A DNA stretch of 64,000 nt from Candidatus Latescibacterota bacterium (GTDB taxonomy: Bacteria > Latescibacterota > UBA2968 > GCA-2709665), in NCBI GenBank assembly GCA_963662665.2, contig CAXXJS010000040.1:288001-352000 (forward strand). Reading direction: 5' to 3'. Positions 17,614 to 27,151 of this stretch are shown in pieces. The notes beneath the pieces are model-generated. The model was not told the DNA's origin and did not search any database. It saw only the letters and a program-made list of their open reading frames with translations. Within the stretch, counting starts at the first letter, position 1, and every line of letters starts with the position of its first letter. The position numbers were made by a program, and so were the translations under genes.

Positions 17614-18999
17614 TTACGCATTTTCGAATATTTCGAGCACGTCGATGATACTCAGGCCGGTGTGGTATCCCGGATCCGCGTCCGCGGTGGCGGGAATGAC
17701 CGGCGCGACCCGACCGGATTCGTCGCGTGTCTGATACGCCATCAGATGCAGGTCCGGTCGGACGAAGTGCCGCGTGAACGCGTTGTGGCAGGCGCAAAAG
17801 ATGCCCAGCGCGTTCTCCCGCTGTACGTTGGATCGGGCGATGGAATAACAATACGCGGCGGCCCGCAGCGTCTCGGGCAGGTTCCACCACGGCATGTCGG
17901 TATTGGCGGGTGTGCGGGAGACCAGATCGAAAACCTTGCAGATACCGCCGGCACGTGGCTGGAAACCCCCGGCAAATGTATGTTCCAGCAGTGCGGACAT
18001 ATGGGCTTCAACGCCGGCGATTTCCTTCAGTTGTCGGGGACCCGCCAGGGCGTTAACCCTTACGGCCGAGGTGTATTTCAGCGTCAGGCCGATGAATTCG
18101 AGGACGTGGCCCGGATCGGAAAGGATCTTTCCGTTCTCCTCGAAAGGCCGTCCGTCGTCGTCCACTGCTTCCCAGAAGTCGTACTCCCGGAGCCCGGGAG
18201 CCCGCCCGTTCAGATTGACGTACGTCCGAAATTCGTGCCGAATGAGGCGCATCCCCATCTCCACGCTTTCGGGAATGCCGTGTTCGGCCAGCAGGGCCGC
18301 GGCGCCAATCTGAATCATGAATGCGCCGTGGGGGTGGCGGCCCGGTCGGGGCGCGGTGGGATTCCTGGGATCCAGAGAGATCTGATCGGTGATGAAACGG
18401 CCCCGATGAATCGAATCGTCCACGCGACGGCAGTATTCCATCGCTTCGGTTTCTGCATCCTGCAGCTCAAGGTATCGTGCTGCGGCGACCATACCCTTGG
18501 CGGCAAACAGATCGCTGAATCCGTAGCTCGATTCCTTCGTGAGCTTCAACGGCCTGGTCTCGCCATGCTCGTCCAGTGTAAACGGATTTCCCTGCGGGGA
18601 CATGAAAAAGGAAAGACGACCGGCGTTTCTGGCCCGGATTTCACCCAGCTTCGCCAGCACGTCGGCCGCGATGCGTTCCAGGCGACAACGCAGTTCCAGT
18701 GCCAGGTCGTGGCGGCGCATCCAGAGACAATGCCCCGCAAGGGACTCCAGACCGCGCCCCTGGATCCAGCCATAGACCGCGTTCCGACCCTTCAGCGGAT
18801 CGTTGTCGCCGAAGTCCTCTCCCGTGATGAGGTCAAGTTTGGTGTCGATGAAGGGATAGTCGGGCGTGCGTTCGTACCGGTCCGCGATGACGGCCATCAC
18901 CGCGAGCAACATGGCGCGGTAGTCGGAAAGAACGGACCGGACGTCGTCGGGGACAGGACGTTCGGGCAGGAGAATTCCCCGGTACAAGACTTCTGGCAT
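17614..18999 (-). CDS. Hypothetical protein, probable N-acylglucosamine 2-epimerase (AGE)-like alpha/alpha barrel
   Basis: WIQGR, DPGHVLEF, PWWNLPE and C-terminal GYH resemble AGE-family motifs. ATG at 18999 has a GGAGG SD. Confidence 0.5.
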   Translation of the reverse strand: MPEVLYRGILLPERPVPDDVRSVLSDYRAMLLAVMAVIADRYERTPDYPFIDTKLDLITGEDFGDNDPLKGRNAVYGWIQGRGLESLAGHCLWMRRHDLALELRCRLERIAADVLAKLGEIRARNAGRLSFFMSPQGNPFTLDEHGETRPLKLTKESSYGFSDLFAAKGMVAAARYLELQDAETEAMEYCRRVDDSIHRGRFITDQISLDPRNPTAPRPGRHPHGAFMIQIGAAALLAEHGIPESVEMGMRLIRHEFRTYVNLNGRAPGLREYDFWEAVDDDGRPFEENGKILSDPGHVLEFIGLTLKYTSAVRVNALAGPRQLKEIAGVEAHMSALLEHTFAGGFQPRAGGICKVFDLVSRTPANTDMPWWNLPETLRAAAYCYSIARSNVQRENALGIFCACHNAFTRHFVRPDLHLMAYQTRDESGRVAPVIPATADADPGYHTGLSIIDVLEIFENA

Positions 19000-19085
19000 C
19001 GCGGCGCCTCCCGGAATCCGGCCCCGGTTTCCTTTCAAGGAACAGCGAATGAACGCGACAGAACCCAACGCGCTCCCTGATAGTG

Positions 19086-19922
19086 CTACGACCAGACGTA
19101 GATCTCGCCGTCGTCGTCTGAATAGCCGATGAAGACCGCCAGGACAATTCTGGGATCGCTGCCCGCCACTGCGGGGACCTCGTGGATGCATCGGGTATTA
19201 AAGAAGTAGAGATCGCCCGGCTCGAGGTCAACGCGGCAGCGTTCGACGTTGTTCAACCTGGCGTATTCGTGAAAAGCATTTGCGGCAACATGGGACTCAA
19301 CGTCTTCCGTCCACAGGCAGCGATGCAGGATGGCCTGGGATGCAGGTCCTGCCTGGGCCGCGTTCTGGAAGCAGAGTACGCCCGCGAACTGGTGCTCGAA
19401 TCGGGAGACCTCGTAATTGAAGCGTCTTTCGCGCAGCGTGACGTGGTCGATGTGCGGCTGGTAGGCGTGATGGGTGTAGTGGACGCGGAAGATGGCGGGC
19501 CCGTAAAGGCGGCCGTCCGGTTCGCGCGCCGTCACCACCCGTTTGCCCGCGGCGAGGGCAGTGAGGCTGTTGTAGATAACGTCTACCGGGTTGTCGAAGC
19601 CGTCGAATAGGTGTTCGAACAGGTCACGGGTCTGTACGGCGTGTTCGAGAAAATCCTGCTGGTCGTTACCCCTGTTTCCGAGGCTGGTGCCGATGTCGAT
19701 TCGGGTGCGGGTATCGTCGGATTCCACGTCAGCCGGATCCCGCATCAGGCCCCGGTCGATGAAACGGCCGATAAGCCCCGCACAGTGGACCGGGTTGTAG
19801 GCCTGTCTCAGAAGGATGGCCGGTATCTCGGCCGTTGACAGGGCGTGGAGCGGGTTTTCGTACCTCGCGTTGACGGCTTCCAGGTCCGGACCAACCGGCA
19901 GCCATGATTCGGCGGCTGGCAT
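19086..19922 (-). CDS. Putative 2-oxoglutarate/Fe(II)-dependent oxygenase
   Basis: PHIDH (HxD), GDLYFFN..CIHEV (distal His), R-I-V-L motif. Confidence 0.6.
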   Translation of the reverse strand: MPAAESWLPVGPDLEAVNARYENPLHALSTAEIPAILLRQAYNPVHCAGLIGRFIDRGLMRDPADVESDDTRTRIDIGTSLGNRGNDQQDFLEHAVQTRDLFEHLFDGFDNPVDVIYNSLTALAAGKRVVTAREPDGRLYGPAIFRVHYTHHAYQPHIDHVTLRERRFNYEVSRFEHQFAGVLCFQNAAQAGPASQAILHRCLWTEDVESHVAANAFHEYARLNNVERCRVDLEPGDLYFFNTRCIHEVPAVAGSDPRIVLAVFIGYSDDDGEIYVWS

Positions 19923-19954
19923 ATCGGTTTCCTCTCTGAAGCTGTTTTATATTC

Positions 19955-20449
19955 TCAGGCCAGGTCCCTGAATTCGATGTGCAGGTGTTCTCTGTGCCCG
20001 GTGAGTTGACGGTAGTCGACGCCGGCGCTGTCGAACATGCGTTTGGATGCCCTGACGGAATCGGTTTCCGCGTACTTGTCCGCCAGGTAGATCACTTCCC
20101 GAATGCCGGATTGAATGATGACTTTGGCACATTCGTTACAAGGAAAATGGGTGACGTAGATCGTACAGTTGTAAAGATTGGTGTCGATCTTGTTCAGGAT
20201 CGCATTGAGTTCGGCGTGACAGATATACGGGTACTTGGTGTTGAGAAAGTCGCCTTCTCGTGCCCACGGGTATTCGTCGTCGGAACAGCCGATGGGCAGG
20301 CCATTGTAGCCGATGCCCACGATTTTCTTCTTCCCGTTGATGATACATGCGCCCACGCGGGTGTTGGGATCCTTGCTCCTCAGGGCGGATAGCAGTGCAA
20401 CGCCCATGAAATATTCGTCCCAGGAGAGATAGTCTTCGCGTTTGTTCAT
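19955..20449 (-). CDS. dCMP deaminase
   Basis: SWDEYFM, RSKDPNTRVGACI, HAELNAI, PCNEC zinc motifs. Confidence 0.92.
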   Translation of the reverse strand: MNKREDYLSWDEYFMGVALLSALRSKDPNTRVGACIINGKKKIVGIGYNGLPIGCSDDEYPWAREGDFLNTKYPYICHAELNAILNKIDTNLYNCTIYVTHFPCNECAKVIIQSGIREVIYLADKYAETDSVRASKRMFDSAGVDYRQLTGHREHLHIEFRDLA

Positions 20450-20727
20450 GCCAATTCCAGGTGATGCAGAAACGCGGGTCGCGCGGGGGCGGACCGCCTG
20501 TCCCGGGGGCGGAGAGCATCTGGAGTCCCGGTACTCACATGGTTGCGCGGCTTCTCGCGAACGTCGTCAATACCCGGAGTTTAAAACGATTGACGGTTTC
20601 TTCCTCTGCTATTGAGGAGGGTGTGAACCGCAGGTTGCTCCCCGTAATAATATGCCGTTCGATAATTGAGATTGCAACGCTTTCCTCGGCCGTACCGGTA
20701 TAGCTCCCATTGCAGTGAAATAACCAA

Positions 20728-20764
20728 GCAAAGGGCATCCGACCGACTGGCGGATGCCCTTTGC
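20728..20764 (-). terminator. Intrinsic terminator after the TonB receptor gene
   Basis: Perfect 14-bp inverted repeat GCAAAGGGCATCCG / CGGATGCCCTTTGC, followed by T-rich sequence on the minus strand. Confidence 0.75.
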
Positions 20765-20788
20765 ATGTTCGTACAGGAAAATGGGAGG

Positions 20789-23700
20789 TCAACGTCCCAG
20801 TTGATACGTAACGGCCAGCTTCAGGCGCCTGCCCTTGGGATCGTGGGTGAATCCGTCATAGGCTTGCTCGATGTTCACAAGCGGCGGCATTGTATCCAGC
20901 AGATTCATCCCGGAAAGCGCGATGTTCATCCCGTTGGGCATGTTCCACAGGAACGTCACGTCCCAGGTAACAAACGATTCGATGGTACCGAAAATACTCT
21001 TGATCTTCGAATTATCGGAACCCATCGAGCCCCGGTCCTCGTACGAAGAAATATAGTTCAGATAGCTTGCGACGCTGTAGTCCTGCCAATAATAGGTGCC
21101 CGATAACCGGCCCTTGAACTTGGGAAGCGACGTCGCAATGGGATTGCCGAAATTCAGGTAGCCGGCGGCATCCGCCTCCTCCTGAAGCACCAGGCTGCCC
21201 AGCGTCAGGGCCTTTGTCTCGTACGCCAGCGTATAGGTGCCGTCCAGGCTCGCCGCGAATCTCCCTGTTCCCCCCTGTGTTCGCGCGCCCAGATGCAAAT
21301 CGAGTCCCGAGGTCTTGACCCCCGGCCAATTGACGATATCGACCTGCACCCGCTCAAGTTCGGAGGCCGCGCACGTGCCGGTACCTATCCCGTCCGGGCA
21401 GACGATGAATTGCTTCAGGGCGTCCTTGTTCGCTTCATCGGCGTACAATGCGGTAATCGCGCCGTGGGGCATGGAACCGATCACGTCGCTGAAATCGTAA
21501 CTCCAGTAGTCGAGCGTCGCTTCAAATCCCGCCTCGGTGACCAGGGCGAGGCCCGCGTTGTAGGTAAACGCCCGTTCGGGCTTGAGGTCCTTGCTGCCGA
21601 ATCTGTCCACCGTCTGGTAGGCGCCGGTCTCGTTGATCCACTCGAGCGTCGACAGCGGGCTTTCATTCACGTCGTCAAGCGCCGGCGTGCGGAACGTGGT
21701 CTGCACCGAGCCGCGCAGGAACAGGGACTGAGCCGGGTTTTCCACCATCTGATAGCGCCACCCGATCTTGGGGTCGAAACTGCTCGCCACGTCGTGGAAT
21801 TCGTAGTTGGCGGCGAGCTGCAAGTCGAGCCGTTCTCCCAGACTCAGGGGAGTTTCGGCAAATAAGCGATGCACCGTTTGAGATTCATCGTAAGGCCGAT
21901 GCACGTTCGTGAACGCGTAGGGCCCGAACCTGTCCTCCGCCGAGCAGTTGTTATCGCCCACAACCGGACAGGGGTTGATCGTCACGTCCCCTTCGTTATT
22001 CGGGTCGCCGCTGGCGTTGAACTGACGGAACTGGTAGCCAGCCGCGTAACTTGCGACGTCTTCGACCCAGGTTCCGGTCAGTGTCGCCTCAGCGACCAGT
22101 ATATCGGCGGTGCTTTGCAGATCTACTTCCTGGTTGAGCCACTGCCGCAGTTCGGGGCTGTTGGCAAGGTTGGCGCGGTAAGTGGGGTTCGCCCGGGTTG
22201 CATAATTCGAGCCATGTTGATCCGTGAACTCGATGGCATTGCCGAAGGGATTGTAGTATTGGCAGTCGCCCTGGCCCGCCACCTGGCCGCTCAGCGGACC
22301 CAGCCGCATCCCGGCGAGGGAACTGCGATCCGCCTCCACGCGAACGCCGCAACGAGGCCCACCGAAGCCCCGGAAGCCGAGGAAAAGCCGTTCGATGTAC
22401 ACACCCGGCAGGTTGTAGTTACCCTCGGTTCGGGAATAGGTAAGACCCACGTCGAAATGCGCGTCCCTCCCGCCGAATGCCTCGAAGTCGCCATTCGCGG
22501 AGGCCGCCACCCGCCACGTGCGTGAGTCCCGATCCAGTGTGCGCCCGGGGCCCGAGTTTCCGAACGGACGACCGTTGAAATACCAGTTCTCGCCACCCTG
22601 GCACGCCTCGTAGTACGGGTCGGACGGATCGGCGCCGTAGTCCGCGCAGAATGCCCCACGGCCCGGGTGGCCCGGCGCCACCTCCATGATACTCGTGTCC
22701 GTGAGGGGGAACGGGGGATACGAAGGCGTGGTGTACCAATCGTCAATCCTGGCCAGGGCCCACAGGCCCTCGATGTGATACTCGGTACCATTGTCCAGCG
22801 TTCCGTTGAGCTCGGCGAAAGCGCGTGTATGGCTCATGTCCTCGATCAGATTCTCGTACTGCTGATAGCGGAAACGGCATGTCCAGGACTCACGGAAGCC
22901 TCCGAATTCCTCGCATCGCGGTGCGTGGATCGCGGCGGTCCACGGGGCGGGGGCCCCGATGGCGAAGGTCCCGGGATTTCCCAGGCTGGACCATCCCAGG
23001 CGCTGCCCGCCGCCGTGCCACGGTTGCAGCAGGTAATCCCTCTCGGTAGCCGGTAACGCTTGCCGTCCCCTCCATTCCGCGGAGACAACCGCGTGGGCCT
23101 TGCCGAGTTTTCCACCCCATATCGCACCGCCGTTGGTATCCCCGGCGCCCGGGAAGTATTCGTGCGCAGCGGAGACTTCGAAGCCCTCGAAGTCGCTGCG
23201 CGTGAGGAAGTTGGCCACGCCCGCCACTGCATCCGACCCATAGATGGCGGAAGCCCCCTCCTTGAGCACTTCAACCCGGTCAATGGCGATGGAGGGGATC
23301 ACATTGACATCGACAAAGCGCCCGCCGATCAGGCGCGCGGGCACGTAGGTCTGGCGGCGGCTGTTGATCAATACCAGGGTGCGCGAAGCGCCCAGGCCCC
23401 GCAGGTTGACGTTCGCGATGCTCTCCGTAAGAGTGGCGGCCTGACCAGCGTTGTACCAACTGCTCCGCTCGCCGATCACGCCGTGGCTTGCGCCCAGGTT
23501 TTTGAAGAAATCGACGGCCTGCGGAGACCCCTGCTCGGCCATCTTTACGCGTCCCACCACGGCAACCGCGTAGGGAAGATTGATGGGGGATTCCTTGAAG
23601 GCCGAGCCGGTCACAACCAGTTCGTCCATGTAGAGCATGACAAGTTCCATCTGCAACGTGACGGTCAGCGTCGCTCCGGCAGCCACGTTGATCGTGCGGG

Positions 23701-23965
23701 TCACCGGCGGGTAGCCGATCAGGTTGGCCTTCAGTTCGTGGGCGCCCGCCGGCACGTTCTGGATGGTAAACCGGCCCTGCGCGTCGGAAACGCCAACCAG
23801 GCCCAGGATTGCGATGGACACGTCCACGCCTTCCAATGGGTCCCCGCTTTCCGAGTCGACCACGGTACCCGTTACGGTCCCGGTCGATTGTCCAACCGCC
23901 GCGGGGGCATGGAGAAGCATCGCCGCACATATCAGAAACGAAATATGCAAGCCTCGGAAACTCAT
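20789..23965 (-). CDS. TonB-dependent receptor with N-terminal carboxypeptidase-regulatory-like domain
   Basis: Signal peptide, GTVVDSESGDPL, plug motif NLRGLGASRTLVLIN...IDRVEVLKEGASAIYGSDAVAGV, barrel LKPERA. Confidence 0.92.
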   Translation of the reverse strand: MSFRGLHISFLICAAMLLHAPAAVGQSTGTVTGTVVDSESGDPLEGVDVSIAILGLVGVSDAQGRFTIQNVPAGAHELKANLIGYPPVTRTINVAAGATLTVTLQMELVMLYMDELVVTGSAFKESPINLPYAVAVVGRVKMAEQGSPQAVDFFKNLGASHGVIGERSSWYNAGQAATLTESIANVNLRGLGASRTLVLINSRRQTYVPARLIGGRFVDVNVIPSIAIDRVEVLKEGASAIYGSDAVAGVANFLTRSDFEGFEVSAAHEYFPGAGDTNGGAIWGGKLGKAHAVVSAEWRGRQALPATERDYLLQPWHGGGQRLGWSSLGNPGTFAIGAPAPWTAAIHAPRCEEFGGFRESWTCRFRYQQYENLIEDMSHTRAFAELNGTLDNGTEYHIEGLWALARIDDWYTTPSYPPFPLTDTSIMEVAPGHPGRGAFCADYGADPSDPYYEACQGGENWYFNGRPFGNSGPGRTLDRDSRTWRVAASANGDFEAFGGRDAHFDVGLTYSRTEGNYNLPGVYIERLFLGFRGFGGPRCGVRVEADRSSLAGMRLGPLSGQVAGQGDCQYYNPFGNAIEFTDQHGSNYATRANPTYRANLANSPELRQWLNQEVDLQSTADILVAEATLTGTWVEDVASYAAGYQFRQFNASGDPNNEGDVTINPCPVVGDNNCSAEDRFGPYAFTNVHRPYDESQTVHRLFAETPLSLGERLDLQLAANYEFHDVASSFDPKIGWRYQMVENPAQSLFLRGSVQTTFRTPALDDVNESPLSTLEWINETGAYQTVDRFGSKDLKPERAFTYNAGLALVTEAGFEATLDYWSYDFSDVIGSMPHGAITALYADEANKDALKQFIVCPDGIGTGTCAASELERVQVDIVNWPGVKTSGLDLHLGARTQGGTGRFAASLDGTYTLAYETKALTLGSLVLQEEADAAGYLNFGNPIATSLPKFKGRLSGTYYWQDYSVASYLNYISSYEDRGSMGSDNSKIKSIFGTIESFVTWDVTFLWNMPNGMNIALSGMNLLDTMPPLVNIEQAYDGFTHDPKGRRLKLAVTYQLGR

Positions 23966-24055
23966 GGAACTACCTCCTCTTGTGGATTCACGCGAAGTTG
24001 GATAACGTCCTGTTTATAACGCTTCGGTGACGGCATTCACAACCGCCCGTCGAAT

Positions 24056-25609
24056 CTATCCTGGACGGGTCTCGCTCCGGAGTCCCTTCCAGAGGCAGAA
24101 CGCCATTGCCAACAGGACGATGGCGAATGGTAAACCGGTTGCCAGGGAGGCGGCCTGCAACGCCTCCAGTCCGCCGCCAAGCAATAGCGCAATCGCCACC
24201 AGCCCCTCGATTGCACACCAGAAAACGCGCTGTGCAACAGGCGCGTCAACCCTGCCGCCGGCCGCGATCGTGTCGATAATGAGCGATCCGGAGTCCGACG
24301 AGGTTACGAAAAAGACGATGGTCAGTAGCATCGCGACAGATGAAAGCAATGTCGAAAACGGGAGTTTGTCAAGCATTTTGAACAATGCAATTTCAAGCTT
24401 CCACGCCTCGACGTTCGCGGTTACGCCGGTATAGCCCTCTACGATGTGCTGGTGGAATGCGGTGCCGCCAAAGGCGCCGAACCACAACAGACACAGGAAC
24501 GTGGGCAACAACAACACAAAGACAACGAATTCGCGTACCGTGCGCCCCTTCGAAACGCGGGCGATAAACGTACCCACGAAAGGCGCCCATGCGAACCACC
24601 AGGCAAAATAAAACGTGGTCCAGTCCTGTACGAATCCGGTATCCTCACGCCCGATCCAGTTACTGAGGGGTACGGCCGTTGACAAATACCCGCCAATGCC
24701 GGCAACGATACTGCTGATCGCGTAACTGGATGGTCCCAACAAAATCACGGCCAGCAGCAACAGGAGCGCGAGAATAACGTTGAACTGGCTGAGACGCTTG
24801 ATCCCCACGTCGATACCGGTTAACACCGATGTCAACGCGATGGACGTGATGACCACGATCAGGACCACCATCGTCGTATTGTTCGCGGGGATTCCGAACA
24901 GATAGTTGAACCCGGACGTGACCTGTTGAACGCCCAGACCGAGGGAGGTGGCAAGCCCGAACAACCCGGCAAATATGGCAAAGGTGTCGATGACGTGCCC
25001 CGGCCAGCCCCAGACGCGGTCGCCCAAAAGGGGATGGAACGCCGAGCGGATGGTCATCGGCAACCCGCGGTTGTACGCGAAGTACCCGAGAGCGAGTCCC
25101 ACGACCCCGTAGATCGCCCAGCCGTGCAGCCCCCAGTGAAACGCGGTCGCCGCGATCCCCGTGATCGCGGCTTCATCCGTCCCCGGGGCGATGCCCAGAG
25201 GCGGGTTCCGGAAGTAGTAAACCGGTTCCGCCACCCCAAAAAACAGCAGACCGATCCCCACGCCGGCCGCGAAGAGCATGGCAAGCCAGGTTGAATTCGA
25301 GTATTCCGGTTTCGCGTCTGCCCCTCCCAGACGCACCCTTCCAAGCGGCGAAACGGCGATATAGAGGCAGAACAGCACGACGAGATTCGCTGAGACGATG
25401 AAAAACCAGTCGAGATTGGCAGTCAGCCACTCGCGCGTCGTCTTGAAACCTTCCGTCGCGGTTTCCCGGAAAACAAGGGAGCCAACAACAAAGGCGACGA
25501 TGGTAATACCTGAAATCACGAAAACGGGCGTCAGATAGATTTCCAGACCGAACAGCCTGCGGTATTGCCGGACGTCGGCTGGCGGCTGCTGTTTTCCCTC
25601 TGCAGACAT
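24056..25609 (-). CDS. BCCT-family (betaine/choline/carnitine) transporter
   Basis: WLAMLFAAGVGIGLLFFGVAEP, FHWGLHGWAIY, WWFAWAPFVGTFIARVSKGRT, FFVTSSDS. Confidence 0.92.
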   Translation of the reverse strand: MSAEGKQQPPADVRQYRRLFGLEIYLTPVFVISGITIVAFVVGSLVFRETATEGFKTTREWLTANLDWFFIVSANLVVLFCLYIAVSPLGRVRLGGADAKPEYSNSTWLAMLFAAGVGIGLLFFGVAEPVYYFRNPPLGIAPGTDEAAITGIAATAFHWGLHGWAIYGVVGLALGYFAYNRGLPMTIRSAFHPLLGDRVWGWPGHVIDTFAIFAGLFGLATSLGLGVQQVTSGFNYLFGIPANNTTMVVLIVVITSIALTSVLTGIDVGIKRLSQFNVILALLLLLAVILLGPSSYAISSIVAGIGGYLSTAVPLSNWIGREDTGFVQDWTTFYFAWWFAWAPFVGTFIARVSKGRTVREFVVFVLLLPTFLCLLWFGAFGGTAFHQHIVEGYTGVTANVEAWKLEIALFKMLDKLPFSTLLSSVAMLLTIVFFVTSSDSGSLIIDTIAAGGRVDAPVAQRVFWCAIEGLVAIALLLGGGLEALQAASLATGLPFAIVLLAMAFCLWKGLRSETRPG

Positions 25610-25702
25610 ACGGTTGTATTCCTTGCGATTGTTTACAAGGCGACGTCCAACCGGGAGACGCACACCGTGCGAAATCCCGTCGGTTCGTCGTGAAGCCCTT
25701 CA

Positions 25703-25716
25703 TTACATTAATGTAA
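25703..25716. promoter_or_regulatory. Palindromic candidate operator upstream of the BCCT gene
   Basis: Perfect palindrome TTACATTAATGTAA overlapping a possible minus-strand -10 (TTGCCG-16 nt-TACATT). Confidence 0.5.
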
Positions 25717-25834
25717 GCCATTAGTGGCGTTCGGCAAGTCAAATAGACGGGATATCGACTGATCTTGCAGGTGGTCAGCCGGTCGTCCGGGTCTGCCAGT
25801 GTCGGCGAGCGGCGTTGTCGAACACCGTCGATGA

Positions 25835-27151
25835 TCAGGCCTCCCGGGTCTCGCCGGCGCGTGTCAGCGCCTGTTTCATCGCGATGGGGCCGATCAACTG
25901 ATTTACCGCGATAACGGCGACGATCACCGTCACAAATGCTTCTCCCCAGCCCGGAAAGCGCCGGGTGACCTCCAGCGCCAGTCCCAGGCTGACCCCGGCC
26001 TGCGTGAGGTAGGCCATCCCCGCGATACGGTTGAAGCGCGGCGGGGCGCCGCCGAGGCGCCCTCCGGTGTACGCCCCCATGTAGATGGCGGCGGCTCGGA
26101 CGCCGACAAGCAAAACGGCGATGGTCCAGGTCTGCATCAGGGCGTCCAGGTTCAGGCCCGCTCCGGCAAGCGTGAAAAAGAGTACGTACACGGGAAGGCT
26201 GACGGACTCGATTGCTTCAATAAAGTGAGAACCATGGCGCGAGACGTTCTGCACGGTGAAGCCGGCCGTCACGCAGATGAGTAACGGTTCCGGGCGGATG
26301 GCAAGGTTGTGGACCTCTTTGAGGTAGCCCGCGAATCCGTGTGAGATGCTGGTCACCAACAGGGCCGTGCCCAACAGGAGAAGCGGAAGGTTCGCCCGCA
26401 CGCGGTCGATGTAGAAGCCCAGAGCCAGTCCAACGACCACGCCCGCGCCGATACCGAGGAGGACTTCGACGCTCAGGGCGGCAATGAACCCGAGATCCAG
26501 GGAGGCGGCGGGGGACATCATGACCTCGCAGAAGGAGATCGCTGCCGCAAAGAGCACGATGACGAAAACATCCATTGCGACCGTGACGCCGAGTGCGGTC
26601 TCCGTGAAGGGACCCAGTGCCCGGGTTTCGTTGATAATGGCGATGGCGCTGGACGGCGACCGCGCGACGGCAAGTACCCCGAAGAGCATACCCACCGCCA
26701 GCACCTGGAGACTCGAAAAGGCGGCGGTGAACGGTAGCATTGATCGCATTAACCAGACGAACAAGGTGATGACGGTAAAAACGATGGCTGTGAGCGAAAG
26801 TATCGTCAGGAGGATGACTTTCATCCGGTCCTTCAGATCGGCAAGTCGCAGTTCGCCCCCTGCGGCCAGGGCGATGAAGGTCACCGCCAGTTCGTTCAAA
26901 AACCCCAATTGGCCAACGGCTTCCCGGGTCAGGAAACCGAGCAGGTACGGTCCCGTGAGCATCCCTACGCAAAGGTATCCCGTGATCCGCGGCAGGCGCA
27001 GCCGGGAGAGAACGTGGCCTGCCACGTAGCCTGAGAGGAGGAGGAGCCCCACGACAAGGGTGGTGTATGCGCCGGGAGCGTCTCCGGGAGGGGTGACTCC
27101 GGCCCACGCCATGAGCATGCTCAGCGCGACGAAGACGAGAATCATCCTCAT
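25835..27151 (-). CDS. Cation:proton antiporter (CPA2-like), subunit B
   Basis: LPRITGYL, FIALAAGGEL, SPSSAIAII, QAGVSLGLA. ATGA overlap with the upstream antiporter. Confidence 0.85.
   Translation of the reverse strand: MRMILVFVALSMLMAWAGVTPPGDAPGAYTTLVVGLLLLSGYVAGHVLSRLRLPRITGYLCVGMLTGPYLLGFLTREAVGQLGFLNELAVTFIALAAGGELRLADLKDRMKVILLTILSLTAIVFTVITLFVWLMRSMLPFTAAFSSLQVLAVGMLFGVLAVARSPSSAIAIINETRALGPFTETALGVTVAMDVFVIVLFAAAISFCEVMMSPAASLDLGFIAALSVEVLLGIGAGVVVGLALGFYIDRVRANLPLLLLGTALLVTSISHGFAGYLKEVHNLAIRPEPLLICVTAGFTVQNVSRHGSHFIEAIESVSLPVYVLFFTLAGAGLNLDALMQTWTIAVLLVGVRAAAIYMGAYTGGRLGGAPPRFNRIAGMAYLTQAGVSLGLALEVTRRFPGWGEAFVTVIVAVIAVNQLIGPIAMKQALTRAGETREA

Noticed and set aside
19955-20449. dCMP deaminase as an anti-phage dCTP deaminase
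   Set aside because: Short single-domain housekeeping type without the kinase-like domain of defensive enzymes, and outside the defence island.
20450-20727. ncRNA or small ORF between the dCMP deaminase and the TonB receptor terminator
   Set aside because: No recognisable RNA family motif or convincing coding signal; probably a promoter region.
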